DNA from: a virus
Lineage: Duplodnaviria > Caudoviricetes
Virus record (IMG/VR): IMGVR_UViG_3300036762_000188
Strand: one strand, 5' to 3'
Length of the DNA: 64,000 nucleotides
Below the pieces are notes generated by a model, which did no database searches, was not told the DNA's origin, and saw nothing but the letters and a program-made list of their open reading frames with translations. The position numbers and the translations under genes were made by a program. Positions 9,495-19,007 of the stretch are shown in pieces (positions within the stretch are counted from its first letter, which is position 1; every line of letters begins with the position of its first letter).

Positions 9495-10185
9495 ATTCCT
9501 CCAGTAAACCACGTACTTTATTAACCAGTTTACGGTGGGAGTAATTGAGCTTATTAACATCCATACCGTGGACGCTACTCATCTCTTCTTGCGACAAGCC
9601 TTTGAATCGGCTATCCAATAGACTCCTCTCCTCATCAGTAAGACTGCTACGTACGTGGTTCATTCTAGTAGCGTCATCTGAGTACTCCGACGCAGCACCT
9701 AGGTATTCCAAGTTACCCTCATGAACGTCCTGGTATAGGTTAGACTGAAAATCAGTAACCTCCTTCTCCTTCCAGCCTAGTCTGAGAGCCAGCTCTGCAG
9801 GCGTAGGCTCCTTAAGAAGTTCAGACGATAGATCATCATAAGCTTTTTTGTAGTACTTAAATTGACCCTGTTGCTTAGCCTCTGACATACGCACTACGTT
9901 CTGGTACGTATAGTTAAGCCTGGAAGCCTGGGCTATATGGTTAAACACGTGTGTACTTAACTTAGCCCCTTTAGAGGGATCATATGAGTCTATAGCCGAC
10001 GCAGCATGCTTAGCTATCTCCGCCTTCAGGGCGCTATCCGGTAGTGATCCAGCTAGTGCCTTGAACTTCTTCTGCAATATAGGATGTAGAGCCATTACTA
10101 GACGTGTTCGATCTTTTTTAGATCCAGATTTTAGATATTGATCATATATCTCATCTTCTTGGTAGTTAGCCACTATAAACTCCAT
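9469..10185 (-). CDS. sigma70-family RNA polymerase sigma factor-like protein
   Basis: AIDSYDPSKGAKLSTHVFNHI (region 2), EPTPAELALRLGW (region 3), LTDEERSLL..RF.GLSQEEM (region 4). Confidence 0.8.
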   Translation of the reverse strand: MEFIVANYQEDEIYDQYLKSGSKKDRTRLVMALHPILQKKFKALAGSLPDSALKAEIAKHAASAIDSYDPSKGAKLSTHVFNHIAQASRLNYTYQNVVRMSEAKQQGQFKYYKKAYDDLSSELLKEPTPAELALRLGWKEKEVTDFQSNLYQDVHEGNLEYLGAASEYSDDATRMNHVRSSLTDEERSLLDSRFKGLSQEEMSSVHGMDVNKLNYSHRKLVNKVRGLLEEYDGYSRPE

Positions 10186-10813
10186 AATACGCGATGATCA
10201 TAAGGGCTCTTTCTAAGTGACCCTGTATGCTCTTTAAATATTCTAACTCATCAGGTGGTACACCCTTGAGTCTGTTACACAAACCGTCCATCTCTCTATG
10301 ATTAGTGATGGTACTCCATAGAGTGTAGTGATACGGTAGCGGATCTGCAGGTATTACTTTATACCCCAGCAATGACCCGGAGTAAGTATTAGCCAGGAAA
10401 TTCTGATAAGATGCAGCGTCCCCTGTAAGCTCCATGTAAGAGCCTATTATACCACTATCATACGCTCCATACCTAGCACTACTACCGTAGTAACATAGAG
10501 AGCACACTCCATTAGAGGTACACGTACTACCATCCCGGACTCTAACATAATAAGTACCTACTGATAATAGGGATGATACCGTACTCTCAGATATAATCTG
10601 GTTAGTACCCAATTCAATAAGACCTTCTATAGACGTCAGAGTAGATACTCGACGCCCTATCTTGGTATCACAATCCGCTTCTACACATAATATTTTAGGG
10701 GATAGTATCTTTTTTGCAAAGGCTTTTAGCGGTGCATCTGTATCGGGTAAATACTCATAATTGAATACATTCTGCAATACATAATTATTACTATAATCTC
10801 TAGTGCCTATCAT
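10166..10813 (-). CDS. stand-alone RNAP beta' Zn-binding-region-like protein
   Basis: EADCDT ... VRVRDGSTC..NGVCSLCY matches the DCGT ... RSP.TC...GVC..CYG site of beta'. Confidence 0.55.
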   Translation of the reverse strand: MIGTRDYSNNYVLQNVFNYEYLPDTDAPLKAFAKKILSPKILCVEADCDTKIGRRVSTLTSIEGLIELGTNQIISESTVSSLLSVGTYYVRVRDGSTCTSNGVCSLCYYGSSARYGAYDSGIIGSYMELTGDAASYQNFLANTYSGSLLGYKVIPADPLPYHYTLWSTITNHREMDGLCNRLKGVPPDELEYLKSIQGHLERALMIIAYYGVYSG

Positions 10814-12099
10814 CCTCCAACCCTCACTGAACCATCTGATTTAAGAACTACCGATACTGAACCGCTTGATATAGTAGCATTAAGACGGGCCACTATATTA
10901 GATAATGATACTATAGTCAAAGAGTTTAGTATATCGCGCTCTTTAGTAGACACTTGCGATAAAGACGCTATGCCTCGCAAAGATCCCTGTAGAGATAGCT
11001 GTCTTACACTCTTAGCTGCGGAGGTCTGAGGTACAGACTTAGAGCCTAACACTGTAGGATTGCCTCTATACTTAATACGGTTGGCTAGCGTCTCAGGGAA
11101 GTTCTGAGTGCGTATAACCAGAGATTCTAGATTAGCTAGAGTACCGTATACGTTACGGGTGGCATTATCTACAGTACGTAACGCTGCGTCTAATCCGAAC
11201 TCTACAGCATCTAGATAGGCCGCTATCTCCTCGCCATAATCACCTACGTATCCTACTAGATCTGTTATTAACCCTGTAGCAGCCGATATCACATCGGTAG
11301 TGAAGGAGAAGAATGACGTCAGATCAGCAGCGGAGAACCCTATAGCACTACCTATAGTGGGCAGGGATCCTAGCTTAATAGCATATGGATTATTAAGTAG
11401 ATTAACCCTATCCTCGGCAGAGTACCTACGTAGCGATTCTACTGCTGACGCTGTAACTGTAGGATCGGCAGGACGATGTCCTAGACTGACAGTCTCTATG
11501 TCACCCTCTATGGTATCCTGGAACGGTACTAGGGTGAACTCCTTAGCTATCATAGTAGCGTTGAACTGTACGTCAGTGTCTCTATCGGATTGATTACTAA
11601 CCTGCACGCCCATAAAAGCCCCTATCCACTGGGAGTTATGGGTAGTAAGCTCTACGTAGCCGTAGTTCTTAGCAGCTGCAGTACCGCTTATAAACTTGCG
11701 ATACATAGTTAAGAACTTGATAAAGTGATCGTTATCCAGATCATCTACCAGTAACCCACTTATGGATAGCACTACTGGAGCCTGCCCATAGAAGTACACC
11801 ATACTCTCACCACCAAAGGCTTGTACTATCTGACTCTTCTCTTGTATATCGTAGGACATACTCTGTAGGATGAAGTCTACGTACCCATCGTCGGATACTA
11901 GCTTGTCTAATATAACAGCTTCGTATGAAGATACTTGAGAACGCATGTATGCTATATCAGCGTCCTCCGGCAGTCTAAATCTTATAGTGGCTACATTAGA
12001 ATAAGTATCCAGTAGGCCTTGGTATCTAGGGCGTACCGTCAGTAACCTTTCTGTATTCTGGTCTATACGTCGAAATTTATCGTCGATCATATTACTCAC
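10810..12099 (-). CDS. baseplate / tail-tube initiator-like protein
   Basis: QEKSQIVQAFG...VYFYG..P..LSISG.L tube-fold pattern; position in tail operon. Confidence 0.55.
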   Translation of the reverse strand: MSNMIDDKFRRIDQNTERLLTVRPRYQGLLDTYSNVATIRFRLPEDADIAYMRSQVSSYEAVILDKLVSDDGYVDFILQSMSYDIQEKSQIVQAFGGESMVYFYGQAPVVLSISGLLVDDLDNDHFIKFLTMYRKFISGTAAAKNYGYVELTTHNSQWIGAFMGVQVSNQSDRDTDVQFNATMIAKEFTLVPFQDTIEGDIETVSLGHRPADPTVTASAVESLRRYSAEDRVNLLNNPYAIKLGSLPTIGSAIGFSAADLTSFFSFTTDVISAATGLITDLVGYVGDYGEEIAAYLDAVEFGLDAALRTVDNATRNVYGTLANLESLVIRTQNFPETLANRIKYRGNPTVLGSKSVPQTSAAKSVRQLSLQGSLRGIASLSQVSTKERDILNSLTIVSLSNIVARLNATISSGSVSVVLKSDGSVRVGG

Positions 12100-12853
12100 C
12101 TAGGTCTACCGGAACTGCCCGGTCAAACATTATCTGTATGTTCTCCTGGAGTACTAGATCACTACTATTAATCCCCAGGCTTAAATTGGCTATGTTACAA
12201 TTCTCTAAGTAAACAGCCTCTAAGAAACTCTTAACCTCGTCCGTATCCTTAGATACCGCGTCTGCTTTAGTGCGGAATATCACCATGATACCAAACGGTA
12301 CACATGCCTGAGCCGACGCTATATTAAGCCATAGATTACCGCTACCGGCTGAGTTACGTGTAGTAGGAGCATACGCAGTATCCTCTGTAACGAAAGCGGC
12401 TTCTTTAGTAAGTGCCCTTATTAGGTTACTCTGGTGCGCCAGCATCTTGCTTATGTTAAGAGAGCTTATAGTCTTACCCCTAGTGAAGTACGTTACGTCA
12501 CTACCTAACTCCCATACAGGTCGTAGTTGATTATCCTGGTTATACTGTACACCGGTTATCAGACCTATAGGGTGATACGGTACCTTACCGCCTTCCGCTA
12601 ATCTAGGAGGACCTGCTAGTATAAGAGTAGTGTCTGGCGTCACTGATTGGGCGGAGAATACGTCCAGAGTATACTCAGTATTTAGTCTATCTACATTACC
12701 GCCCTTCCAATCCCACGACCACGGAGCCTCACTATTGTCTGAGGCTGCAGGTAAACCTACAAATAGATTCTCTTTCTTAAAGTACGATGATAGGCCTGTA
12801 TCATATATACTCCCCTCCCCCTCTCTAGGAAGAGGTAGTAGTTTCCACGTCAT
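12092..12853 (-). CDS. tail tube paralog (baseplate tube initiator)
   Basis: Shares TPDTTL..AGPPR, ELGS..T.FTRGKT, PFGI and QEN....FDRAVPV with the tube gene at 35687-36364. Confidence 0.75.
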   Translation of the reverse strand: MTWKLLPLPREGEGSIYDTGLSSYFKKENLFVGLPAASDNSEAPWSWDWKGGNVDRLNTEYTLDVFSAQSVTPDTTLILAGPPRLAEGGKVPYHPIGLITGVQYNQDNQLRPVWELGSDVTYFTRGKTISSLNISKMLAHQSNLIRALTKEAAFVTEDTAYAPTTRNSAGSGNLWLNIASAQACVPFGIMVIFRTKADAVSKDTDEVKSFLEAVYLENCNIANLSLGINSSDLVLQENIQIMFDRAVPVDLGE

Positions 12854-13104
12854 ACATCACCTCGCATAACCTTGGTAGTCATAATAGTATAAGCATAGCT
12901 TATCATAAGCTCCTGCATCTTCCTGCTATTCTTACGCAGTACGAAGCACTCGCGGGCGCTACTATTATCGGATAGTAGCTCCTTTACGGAAGTAGGTATA
13001 AATAGTTTATTCCTACGGATATCTGCTATCTTCTCAGGCCTGCTAAGCTCTCTGTCTGATAGGTCTAGGGTCGGAACCCTAGACACTCCATCTTTAATTT
13101 CCAT
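12850..13104 (-). CDS. hypothetical protein
   Basis: 84 aa, overlaps both neighbours, GAGG RBS. Confidence 0.55.
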   Translation of the reverse strand: MEIKDGVSRVPTLDLSDRELSRPEKIADIRRNKLFIPTSVKELLSDNSSARECFVLRKNSRKMQELMISYAYTIMTTKVMRGDV

Positions 13105-15844
13105 TTATACCTCTCTGCCTACGTAACATCTCAGAGTTATTCTTAAGCCTATCAAGTTCGTTATTGACGTCACGTAGTCTAGTGTTAAGCTTGCCGAACA
13201 TTGATACAGTACCGTCGTCACTGCCTAGTACCCTACTAAACTCACCCATACTAACAACCGCCTCCTTCATGTACTCCACACCTTCTATATCTATACCGGT
13301 GCTAGGGGCCTTGATGGATGCCTGCGTAGTGTTAATCTCTTCCTGCAGGTCTAAGAACTTATTAGCAGACGCCTCTGCCTTACCACCTACAGCCTTCCAT
13401 CTACTGCTAAGGTTCTGTACTAAAGCGTCTCTATCTAAGGTAGGCATACCCTCTGTCATAGCCCTTATGGCCTTCTGGAAGTCTTCCTCTTTAGTTAGAT
13501 CTAGCCCATTTATAGTATCGGCCTGTACATTAGTGTAGAAGTCTCTGAAGCGCTTCTGGTCGTCTACAGACTCTTCACCCTTATCCCATTTAGATATCTC
13601 TTCCTCCGAGAATCCTGCAGCTGCAAGAGCTTTACGTGCACGCTTACTATCTCTACTATTAGGATCGCCTCCGATAACACGCTTGACGTTGGCCAGTAAC
13701 CCCTTCTCGATACCCTCACTAGCTCTGATAGAGCCCATTAACCCGCGGAACTCATCGTCGTCGAATATCTTAAATTTATCACGATACAGACTATCATCCC
13801 TACCTTTAGTACCAGTACGATTAACTGACAGGCCTTTCATATCACGTGCCGCTATCTTAGCGTCTATCGTAGACTCTGTATCGAAGATATCACCTCTTCG
13901 AATAGCGTTTAGTTCTACCAGTGCGTCCGTATCTACGGTAGGTCCGGATAGCACCTTACGGGATAACCTTCGTACATCTTCATCGAATGAAGCGGTTCCT
14001 TCAAGTAGCTTAGCCATGATACCGTCGTACTTAGAGTCTCTCTGGAATCCCGAGTCAGTACCATTACGACGCTTACCGCGTTTACCTACTTCTATACGGG
14101 ATAGTCCATCGTCCATAACAGCGTATTGGCGAGCAGGGTCGTCTATACCGTACCCCGCGAAACCTAGGTAATTCATAAGATCTTCAGCACCACCTGAGGC
14201 TATGTTAAGCCATCCTGCAGTATCATCACCGAAGTTCTTAATACCACGCTTAGCTCTTACTAAACCTCTCTCCATCGCACCTATAATAGGTACTCCCTGG
14301 TTTGCCAAGCCACTCTCTTCTAGAGTATTAACAAATCTATCAGTGTTAGAGGCTCTTCTAGCGGATGACGCCATAGCTATACTCTTAGAATCTTTAAGAG
14401 ATTCGTTCTCCAGTACTGCAGCACGGAATACCTGTGGATTCATACCGTTCATCTGAGCTACGTTAGCCAGCTTACTAAGAGTAACCTTCTCATTGCCGTA
14501 CATAGATTTCAACTGAGTAACTAACTGCTTAAGTATAGTAGTACCTGCAGTCTCTCCCTCCATAAACTTCTGAGAGTATACGCTACGGTTCATATACATA
14601 TCTCCCATAGCCTCCATAGGGTTGCCTCGGCGACTGAAGTCCCCTAACGCACCGTCTATAGAATCCGCCCCGGTCATACCCATTAGTACGGACCAGTGAT
14701 CGGTAGCAGCCTCCATAGCCCCTTGAGTAACTAGCTGAGTAGCACCTTCTACACCACCTAGTGCTGCCATCTGGGAGTTACTCACTAGACCAGAGCGATA
14801 CGCGTTGGTAAAGCCAGCGTAAGCTCCCATAGAGGTTTTCATACCGACGGTAGGTGCCATACCAGCCTGTTGGAATATTAAATGCCCCTGGGCGCCTACA
14901 GAGTCTACCATCTGACCGATACTAACCCCGGCCACACCTGCCATACTAGCTATCTCTGACATGGCCGCGGACATCTGGCGATTATTAGTTAAACCTGCGC
15001 GCTTTAGCTTGGCTAAATAATCTACTGCCTCTTTAAAATCACGGTTACCAGTGACGTCCTGGATGACCTTAATGGTATCTACCGTGCTCTTAACCGCCTC
15101 TACTATACTATCGGAATCCATCATAGTGAATTCTTGTAGAGTACCTGCCTTCATAGCCAGGTCTGCTATCTCCTGTACATCCATACCGTCGAAGCGTTGA
15201 TCATCCACTCCGATTTTATTGATCTTCTCTGCAAGCTGCGCAGAGCGCATAGCACCTACACCGCGTCTACCGTTAAGACCTGCACCGGTATACACTTTAG
15301 ATAGATTATCTTGTAGAGCGCCTCGCCCCTCTCTAATAGAAGAGTAGTTATCCACGAAGCCTGTGTTAACTATACTAGTAGCTGCAGTAGCTGCTGCTAT
15401 AGGGAGTAACATACCTCCGATCATACCACCAGCGTATCCTGCGGCCCCACCTAGTACACTGCCCATACCTAAACTACCAGCGGCGCGCGGGATCATACCT
15501 GCACCTACCTTGGTAAAGCCTCTTGATACTAAAGAGCCTAGGCCGCTAACACCAGCTCTAGCTATTCCAGCCCCTAACTTCTCACCACTACCCTTCAGCA
15601 TCTTATTAGCTGCCCACCAGGTGGCAAGAGGCACTCCTACGTTCTGTGCACCCCAGGCCAAACCGTCAGCAGGGGCACTAGCTATATCTCGAAGATATGG
15701 CTCGTTCTCCATGTATGGGTTATGGTACGCAGGACGGAAGTTGGCCATGTACGCCGGGGTCATGAGGGATGGATCTATTCCATAACCCTCATACGTAGAC
15801 ATAGGTGACGTGAACTGTGCCTGATATGGATCTAATCTATCCAT
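13094..15844 (-). CDS. tape measure protein (putative)
   Basis: 916 aa, Ala/Gly/Met-rich and helical with a hydrophobic Gly-rich segment; tail operon position. Confidence 0.65.
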   Translation of the reverse strand: MDRLDPYQAQFTSPMSTYEGYGIDPSLMTPAYMANFRPAYHNPYMENEPYLRDIASAPADGLAWGAQNVGVPLATWWAANKMLKGSGEKLGAGIARAGVSGLGSLVSRGFTKVGAGMIPRAAGSLGMGSVLGGAAGYAGGMIGGMLLPIAAATAATSIVNTGFVDNYSSIREGRGALQDNLSKVYTGAGLNGRRGVGAMRSAQLAEKINKIGVDDQRFDGMDVQEIADLAMKAGTLQEFTMMDSDSIVEAVKSTVDTIKVIQDVTGNRDFKEAVDYLAKLKRAGLTNNRQMSAAMSEIASMAGVAGVSIGQMVDSVGAQGHLIFQQAGMAPTVGMKTSMGAYAGFTNAYRSGLVSNSQMAALGGVEGATQLVTQGAMEAATDHWSVLMGMTGADSIDGALGDFSRRGNPMEAMGDMYMNRSVYSQKFMEGETAGTTILKQLVTQLKSMYGNEKVTLSKLANVAQMNGMNPQVFRAAVLENESLKDSKSIAMASSARRASNTDRFVNTLEESGLANQGVPIIGAMERGLVRAKRGIKNFGDDTAGWLNIASGGAEDLMNYLGFAGYGIDDPARQYAVMDDGLSRIEVGKRGKRRNGTDSGFQRDSKYDGIMAKLLEGTASFDEDVRRLSRKVLSGPTVDTDALVELNAIRRGDIFDTESTIDAKIAARDMKGLSVNRTGTKGRDDSLYRDKFKIFDDDEFRGLMGSIRASEGIEKGLLANVKRVIGGDPNSRDSKRARKALAAAGFSEEEISKWDKGEESVDDQKRFRDFYTNVQADTINGLDLTKEEDFQKAIRAMTEGMPTLDRDALVQNLSSRWKAVGGKAEASANKFLDLQEEINTTQASIKAPSTGIDIEGVEYMKEAVVSMGEFSRVLGSDDGTVSMFGKLNTRLRDVNNELDRLKNNSEMLRRQRGINGN

Positions 15845-15845
15845 C

Positions 15846-17972
15846 TTAATCCTCGTAATCTAAAAATGGACTAGCCTCATTAGGTACTCGAGTAGTTCTG
15901 CCGTAGCTATCTACTTGCTCTACCGTACCGTTATCTATCCAGTCCTTCATTTGTATAAAGTCAAAGTCAGCTAGGCTTACTATGTTACGGGCTATCAGTA
16001 CTCGCTGGTCACTGCTGCTATAATTAGAGTCTGTGCTCCATGTACCTGCATCACGTGTAAAATCCCTTACCAACCCTGACTTATCCTGTAAAAGTGCTGG
16101 TTCCGCAGCACCTACTCCGAGGACATCTCCATAATAATAGCATGCTAACTCGTAAGCTTTAGCGTTACCGTATATACCAGGATCATCTTCAAATCCTAAC
16201 GTCGCCGCCATTGCAGGTGGTACGGCAGGAGGTTTAAACATCATTAACTCACTTATAGTAGACACACTGGCCATACTATAACTAGTAGTAGCAGAGCCCA
16301 TGGCACTTATACTATGAGATACGCCTACGCATAATCCGTGAAAACTCTCAGCATAAGGAGATGGATCCACTATATCCATAGGATAACCTACCACCGGGTA
16401 TGGGTTGAAGTCTCCCTGTGCCTGTGCTGTACGAGATCTATATGCTTCTATAGAGTACTGCTGATCCACCCATAGAATCATCATCCTGGCCCACGGGGTT
16501 AATCCAGCCTTATCGCTGAAAGGGTTGAAGCGGTCCTCACCGTCGTACATAGCCTTCCAGAAATTAACAGCTTTAACCTTCTGAGCAGATACGTCTACGC
16601 TAAATAAAGTCTCTGACCCTTCCTTACGCTGAAGGCCGTGTCCCATTATATTGTATATCTCAGGGACTCCTATTAACCTAGGATTTATACCGCTACCCCA
16701 CTCATATTTACCTATAGTATTTATATGTGGTCTAAGGGTATCCTGTAAGTTACCAGAGCCTCCGCGAGCCACCCTTACTGAATGTGGAGCTGTATACGTC
16801 TGAGCCTGGGCGGCACCTTCTGCTCCGGACTGAGGACCTCCAGGTATGGGGTACGCCACGTTCATAACCCTAGAAGGTATATCAGAGAATGCGCTACTGA
16901 CAGATATAGAGTTAACTAGCTGTGGCATGACCACGTTACATATAGGCGCATAGTATGTAGGTAGCGTAGGCTTAACAGTATACTCTATGCCCGTATTAGT
17001 AGGGCTATTCATGACAGTCATAGAGTAGTCTATAAGTGCCAAGTACTCCATGAAATAATCATAGAACGAGGACACCTCTGGATTAACTGATTGCAGACCG
17101 GCCTTTAAAATACGAACCGTCATAGCTATCTCAGCCTGATTACCTATAAATGTCTTATACTTCAGAGGTAGTATTATATCGAAAGGAGAGCCATCCCCTC
17201 CAGCCTTGCTCTCTTTAGAGTAGCTGACCCTGTCACTATCCACACCTGATTCTAATACAGGATGACCGCTGAGCTTATCCCAGAACTGCAGGCCGTCCTC
17301 TACTAAAGCTTTATACATAGTATTCAAGGCATCATTATCGCCCTTGACTCTAGATTGTATAACAGCTTCACTACCTATAAGTCTCTCTTCTGTAGAGGTA
17401 GGTATATCGGATGTACTCACTCTAGACAGAAGTCTATCCCAGTACACCTTCATGACTCCCGGGCTGCCCTTCAATCTCTTAAACTGCTCCTCTGAACTAG
17501 TAGAGCGCTCCCCGCTACGTCTATTAGCCACACTCTTAAGTGCTTGGTGTATAGCCGCTTCGTGAGATATATCGTTTGACTGACTTATAGCTACTTGAGT
17601 TTCTACAGGGGCTAGGAAGCTCTGTGCCCCGAACCTAACTAATATCTGCTGGAGAAGTGTCACTGAATGCCTTGCAGATAATGACATGGAGCGTTGAGCT
17701 CCGTCTGCACCGTTATACTTAGACTCTTCTATACCAGTTATTACTCCTGAGAATAACTGCTTGTAATCACTATCCTCTGTTCCAGTGGCTAGTGGATCTA
17801 AGAAGAATATATGTACCTTAGGCTGGTAGTTTTTACATAAAGCGGATAGGGATGTATGAGGCGGGACTTCTATTCTAGCAGTGGGTACGGACCCGAATGC
17901 GTTATCAACAGTAGCTCCTAGAAAGGGTATTTCTACCCCCTCTACGAATACTTTAAAATCACGGTATTTCAT
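15846..17972 (-). CDS. baseplate hub protein (putative)
   Basis: N-terminal KVFVEGVEIP, LFSG.I and late GDFNPY.VVGYP...FHG...VSHSIS hub-like pattern. Confidence 0.6.
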   Translation of the reverse strand: MKYRDFKVFVEGVEIPFLGATVDNAFGSVPTARIEVPPHTSLSALCKNYQPKVHIFFLDPLATGTEDSDYKQLFSGVITGIEESKYNGADGAQRSMSLSARHSVTLLQQILVRFGAQSFLAPVETQVAISQSNDISHEAAIHQALKSVANRRSGERSTSSEEQFKRLKGSPGVMKVYWDRLLSRVSTSDIPTSTEERLIGSEAVIQSRVKGDNDALNTMYKALVEDGLQFWDKLSGHPVLESGVDSDRVSYSKESKAGGDGSPFDIILPLKYKTFIGNQAEIAMTVRILKAGLQSVNPEVSSFYDYFMEYLALIDYSMTVMNSPTNTGIEYTVKPTLPTYYAPICNVVMPQLVNSISVSSAFSDIPSRVMNVAYPIPGGPQSGAEGAAQAQTYTAPHSVRVARGGSGNLQDTLRPHINTIGKYEWGSGINPRLIGVPEIYNIMGHGLQRKEGSETLFSVDVSAQKVKAVNFWKAMYDGEDRFNPFSDKAGLTPWARMMILWVDQQYSIEAYRSRTAQAQGDFNPYPVVGYPMDIVDPSPYAESFHGLCVGVSHSISAMGSATTSYSMASVSTISELMMFKPPAVPPAMAATLGFEDDPGIYGNAKAYELACYYYGDVLGVGAAEPALLQDKSGLVRDFTRDAGTWSTDSNYSSSDQRVLIARNIVSLADFDFIQMKDWIDNGTVEQVDSYGRTTRVPNEASPFLDYED

Positions 17973-18142
17973 GTGTCCACCTGCCTCATAACGCTTTTAG
18001 ACTCTAATACCCTACGCTGACCTACGATACCTCCCATTGTATTAGGATCCGTGTAGGTCCCACGTAATACTCCTATAACAGACTCTACCTGATTGACGAA
18101 GAGTTTCTCAGGTGTCATCTTTACTAGCTTTGTCTTGGCCAT
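17969..18142 (-). CDS. small hypothetical protein (57 aa; not in the ORF track)
   Basis: MAKTKLVKMTPEKLF...RQVDT; GAGG RBS; ATGA overlap with the hub gene start. Confidence 0.6.
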   Translation of the reverse strand: MAKTKLVKMTPEKLFVNQVESVIGVLRGTYTDPNTMGGIVGQRRVLESKSVMRQVDT

Positions 18143-18452
18143 TTAATCCTCTCACTACTAATGCACCGTTCTCTCTATGTAGAGTAGGTTGGGTGCCTCT
18201 GGTCTGAATAATGTATTCTGCCATCATACGTTCATGTCTATCGTCAGTTACTGCTTGGTACAGGGACTGAGCCATGTGCTTGCGATGCATAGACGCTGTA
18301 AGTTCTGCATTACCCAGGGAAGCTGCAGCCTCGACCATTAATCTACGACTATCCGTAAGCTTACTCTTAACTAACCAGCCTCTCAGGGTACGATCTTTTA
18401 TAGAGCCTAGCGCGCCTGGATCAACTCCAGATGCGTATAGTTCTACCCGCAT
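18108..18452 (-). CDS. tail assembly chaperone, frameshift-extended (GT-like) part
   Basis: In the -1 frame of the upstream ORF and open from the slippery site at 18473-18479. Confidence 0.65.
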   Translation of the reverse strand: MRVELYASGVDPGALGSIKDRTLRGWLVKSKLTDSRRLMVEAAASLGNAELTASMHRKHMAQSLYQAVTDDRHERMMAEYIIQTRGTQPTLHRENGALVVRGLNGQDKASKDDT

Positions 18453-18469
18453 GCATGCCCATGGCTCTT

Positions 18470-18976
18470 TTAAAAATTTTCAGAGCCATATGTTACGGCT
18501 TCGCGCACCTTGTTATCAAACTCTATGAGCTTCTCTACCAACTTCTCAGTTACAGGAGACGGTATTTCATTACGTATAAACTCATATATCTCATCTGGCT
18601 TCTTATCGGCGAAATTCTTAGAGCAGTACGAGATCATTGAATGTGCTAATGTCATAGTAGATACTACAGACGTATACGCGCTTATACTCTTAAATTCCTG
18701 TCGATCAACTGCACGTGCTATGTTAACATCGGCACCTGTAGTACGAGTACGGAATACGACTGAGTTAGTCTTACCTATACGCACCGTCTCTTCATAATAT
18801 CCTTGGAACATAAGAGCGTCATATATAGCTAACGCTGCAGTATCCACTTTAGCGTCTACTTTAGCGTCTACTTTAGCGTCTACTTTAGCGTCTACTTTAG
18901 CGTCTACCTCAGTAGTCTCTGCCTCGGAACCTAGAGAAGGTTCAGTGAAGTCAAATGTAAAATCATCTTTGTTCAT
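18470..18976 (-). CDS. tail assembly chaperone (G-like)
   Basis: Acidic 168-aa ORF ending GAA AAT TTT TAA (slippery heptamer A AAT TTT). Confidence 0.7.
   Translation of the reverse strand: MNKDDFTFDFTEPSLGSEAETTEVDAKVDAKVDAKVDAKVDAKVDTAALAIYDALMFQGYYEETVRIGKTNSVVFRTRTTGADVNIARAVDRQEFKSISAYTSVVSTMTLAHSMISYCSKNFADKKPDEIYEFIRNEIPSPVTEKLVEKLIEFDNKVREAVTYGSENF
18473..18479 (-). other. -1 programmed ribosomal frameshift site
   Basis: X XXY YYZ heptamer A AAT TTT just before the stop; the -1 frame reads LKEPWAC-MRVELY into the next ORF. Confidence 0.7.
18846..18907. repeat. 12-bp tandem repeat x5 (encodes VDAK repeats)
   Basis: ACTTTAGCGTCT repeated perfectly five times. Confidence 0.95.
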
Positions 18977-19007
18977 GTTAAAAATCCTTTGGGTTGTTAT
19001 AGATATT

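Noticed and set aside
13164-15785. Plus-strand ORFs antisense to the tape measure (and similar ones opposite sheath, head genes, RNAP and nrdA)
   Set aside because: Shadow ORFs on the opposite strand of well-supported genes, with Ser/Pro/Leu-rich composition and no RBS.
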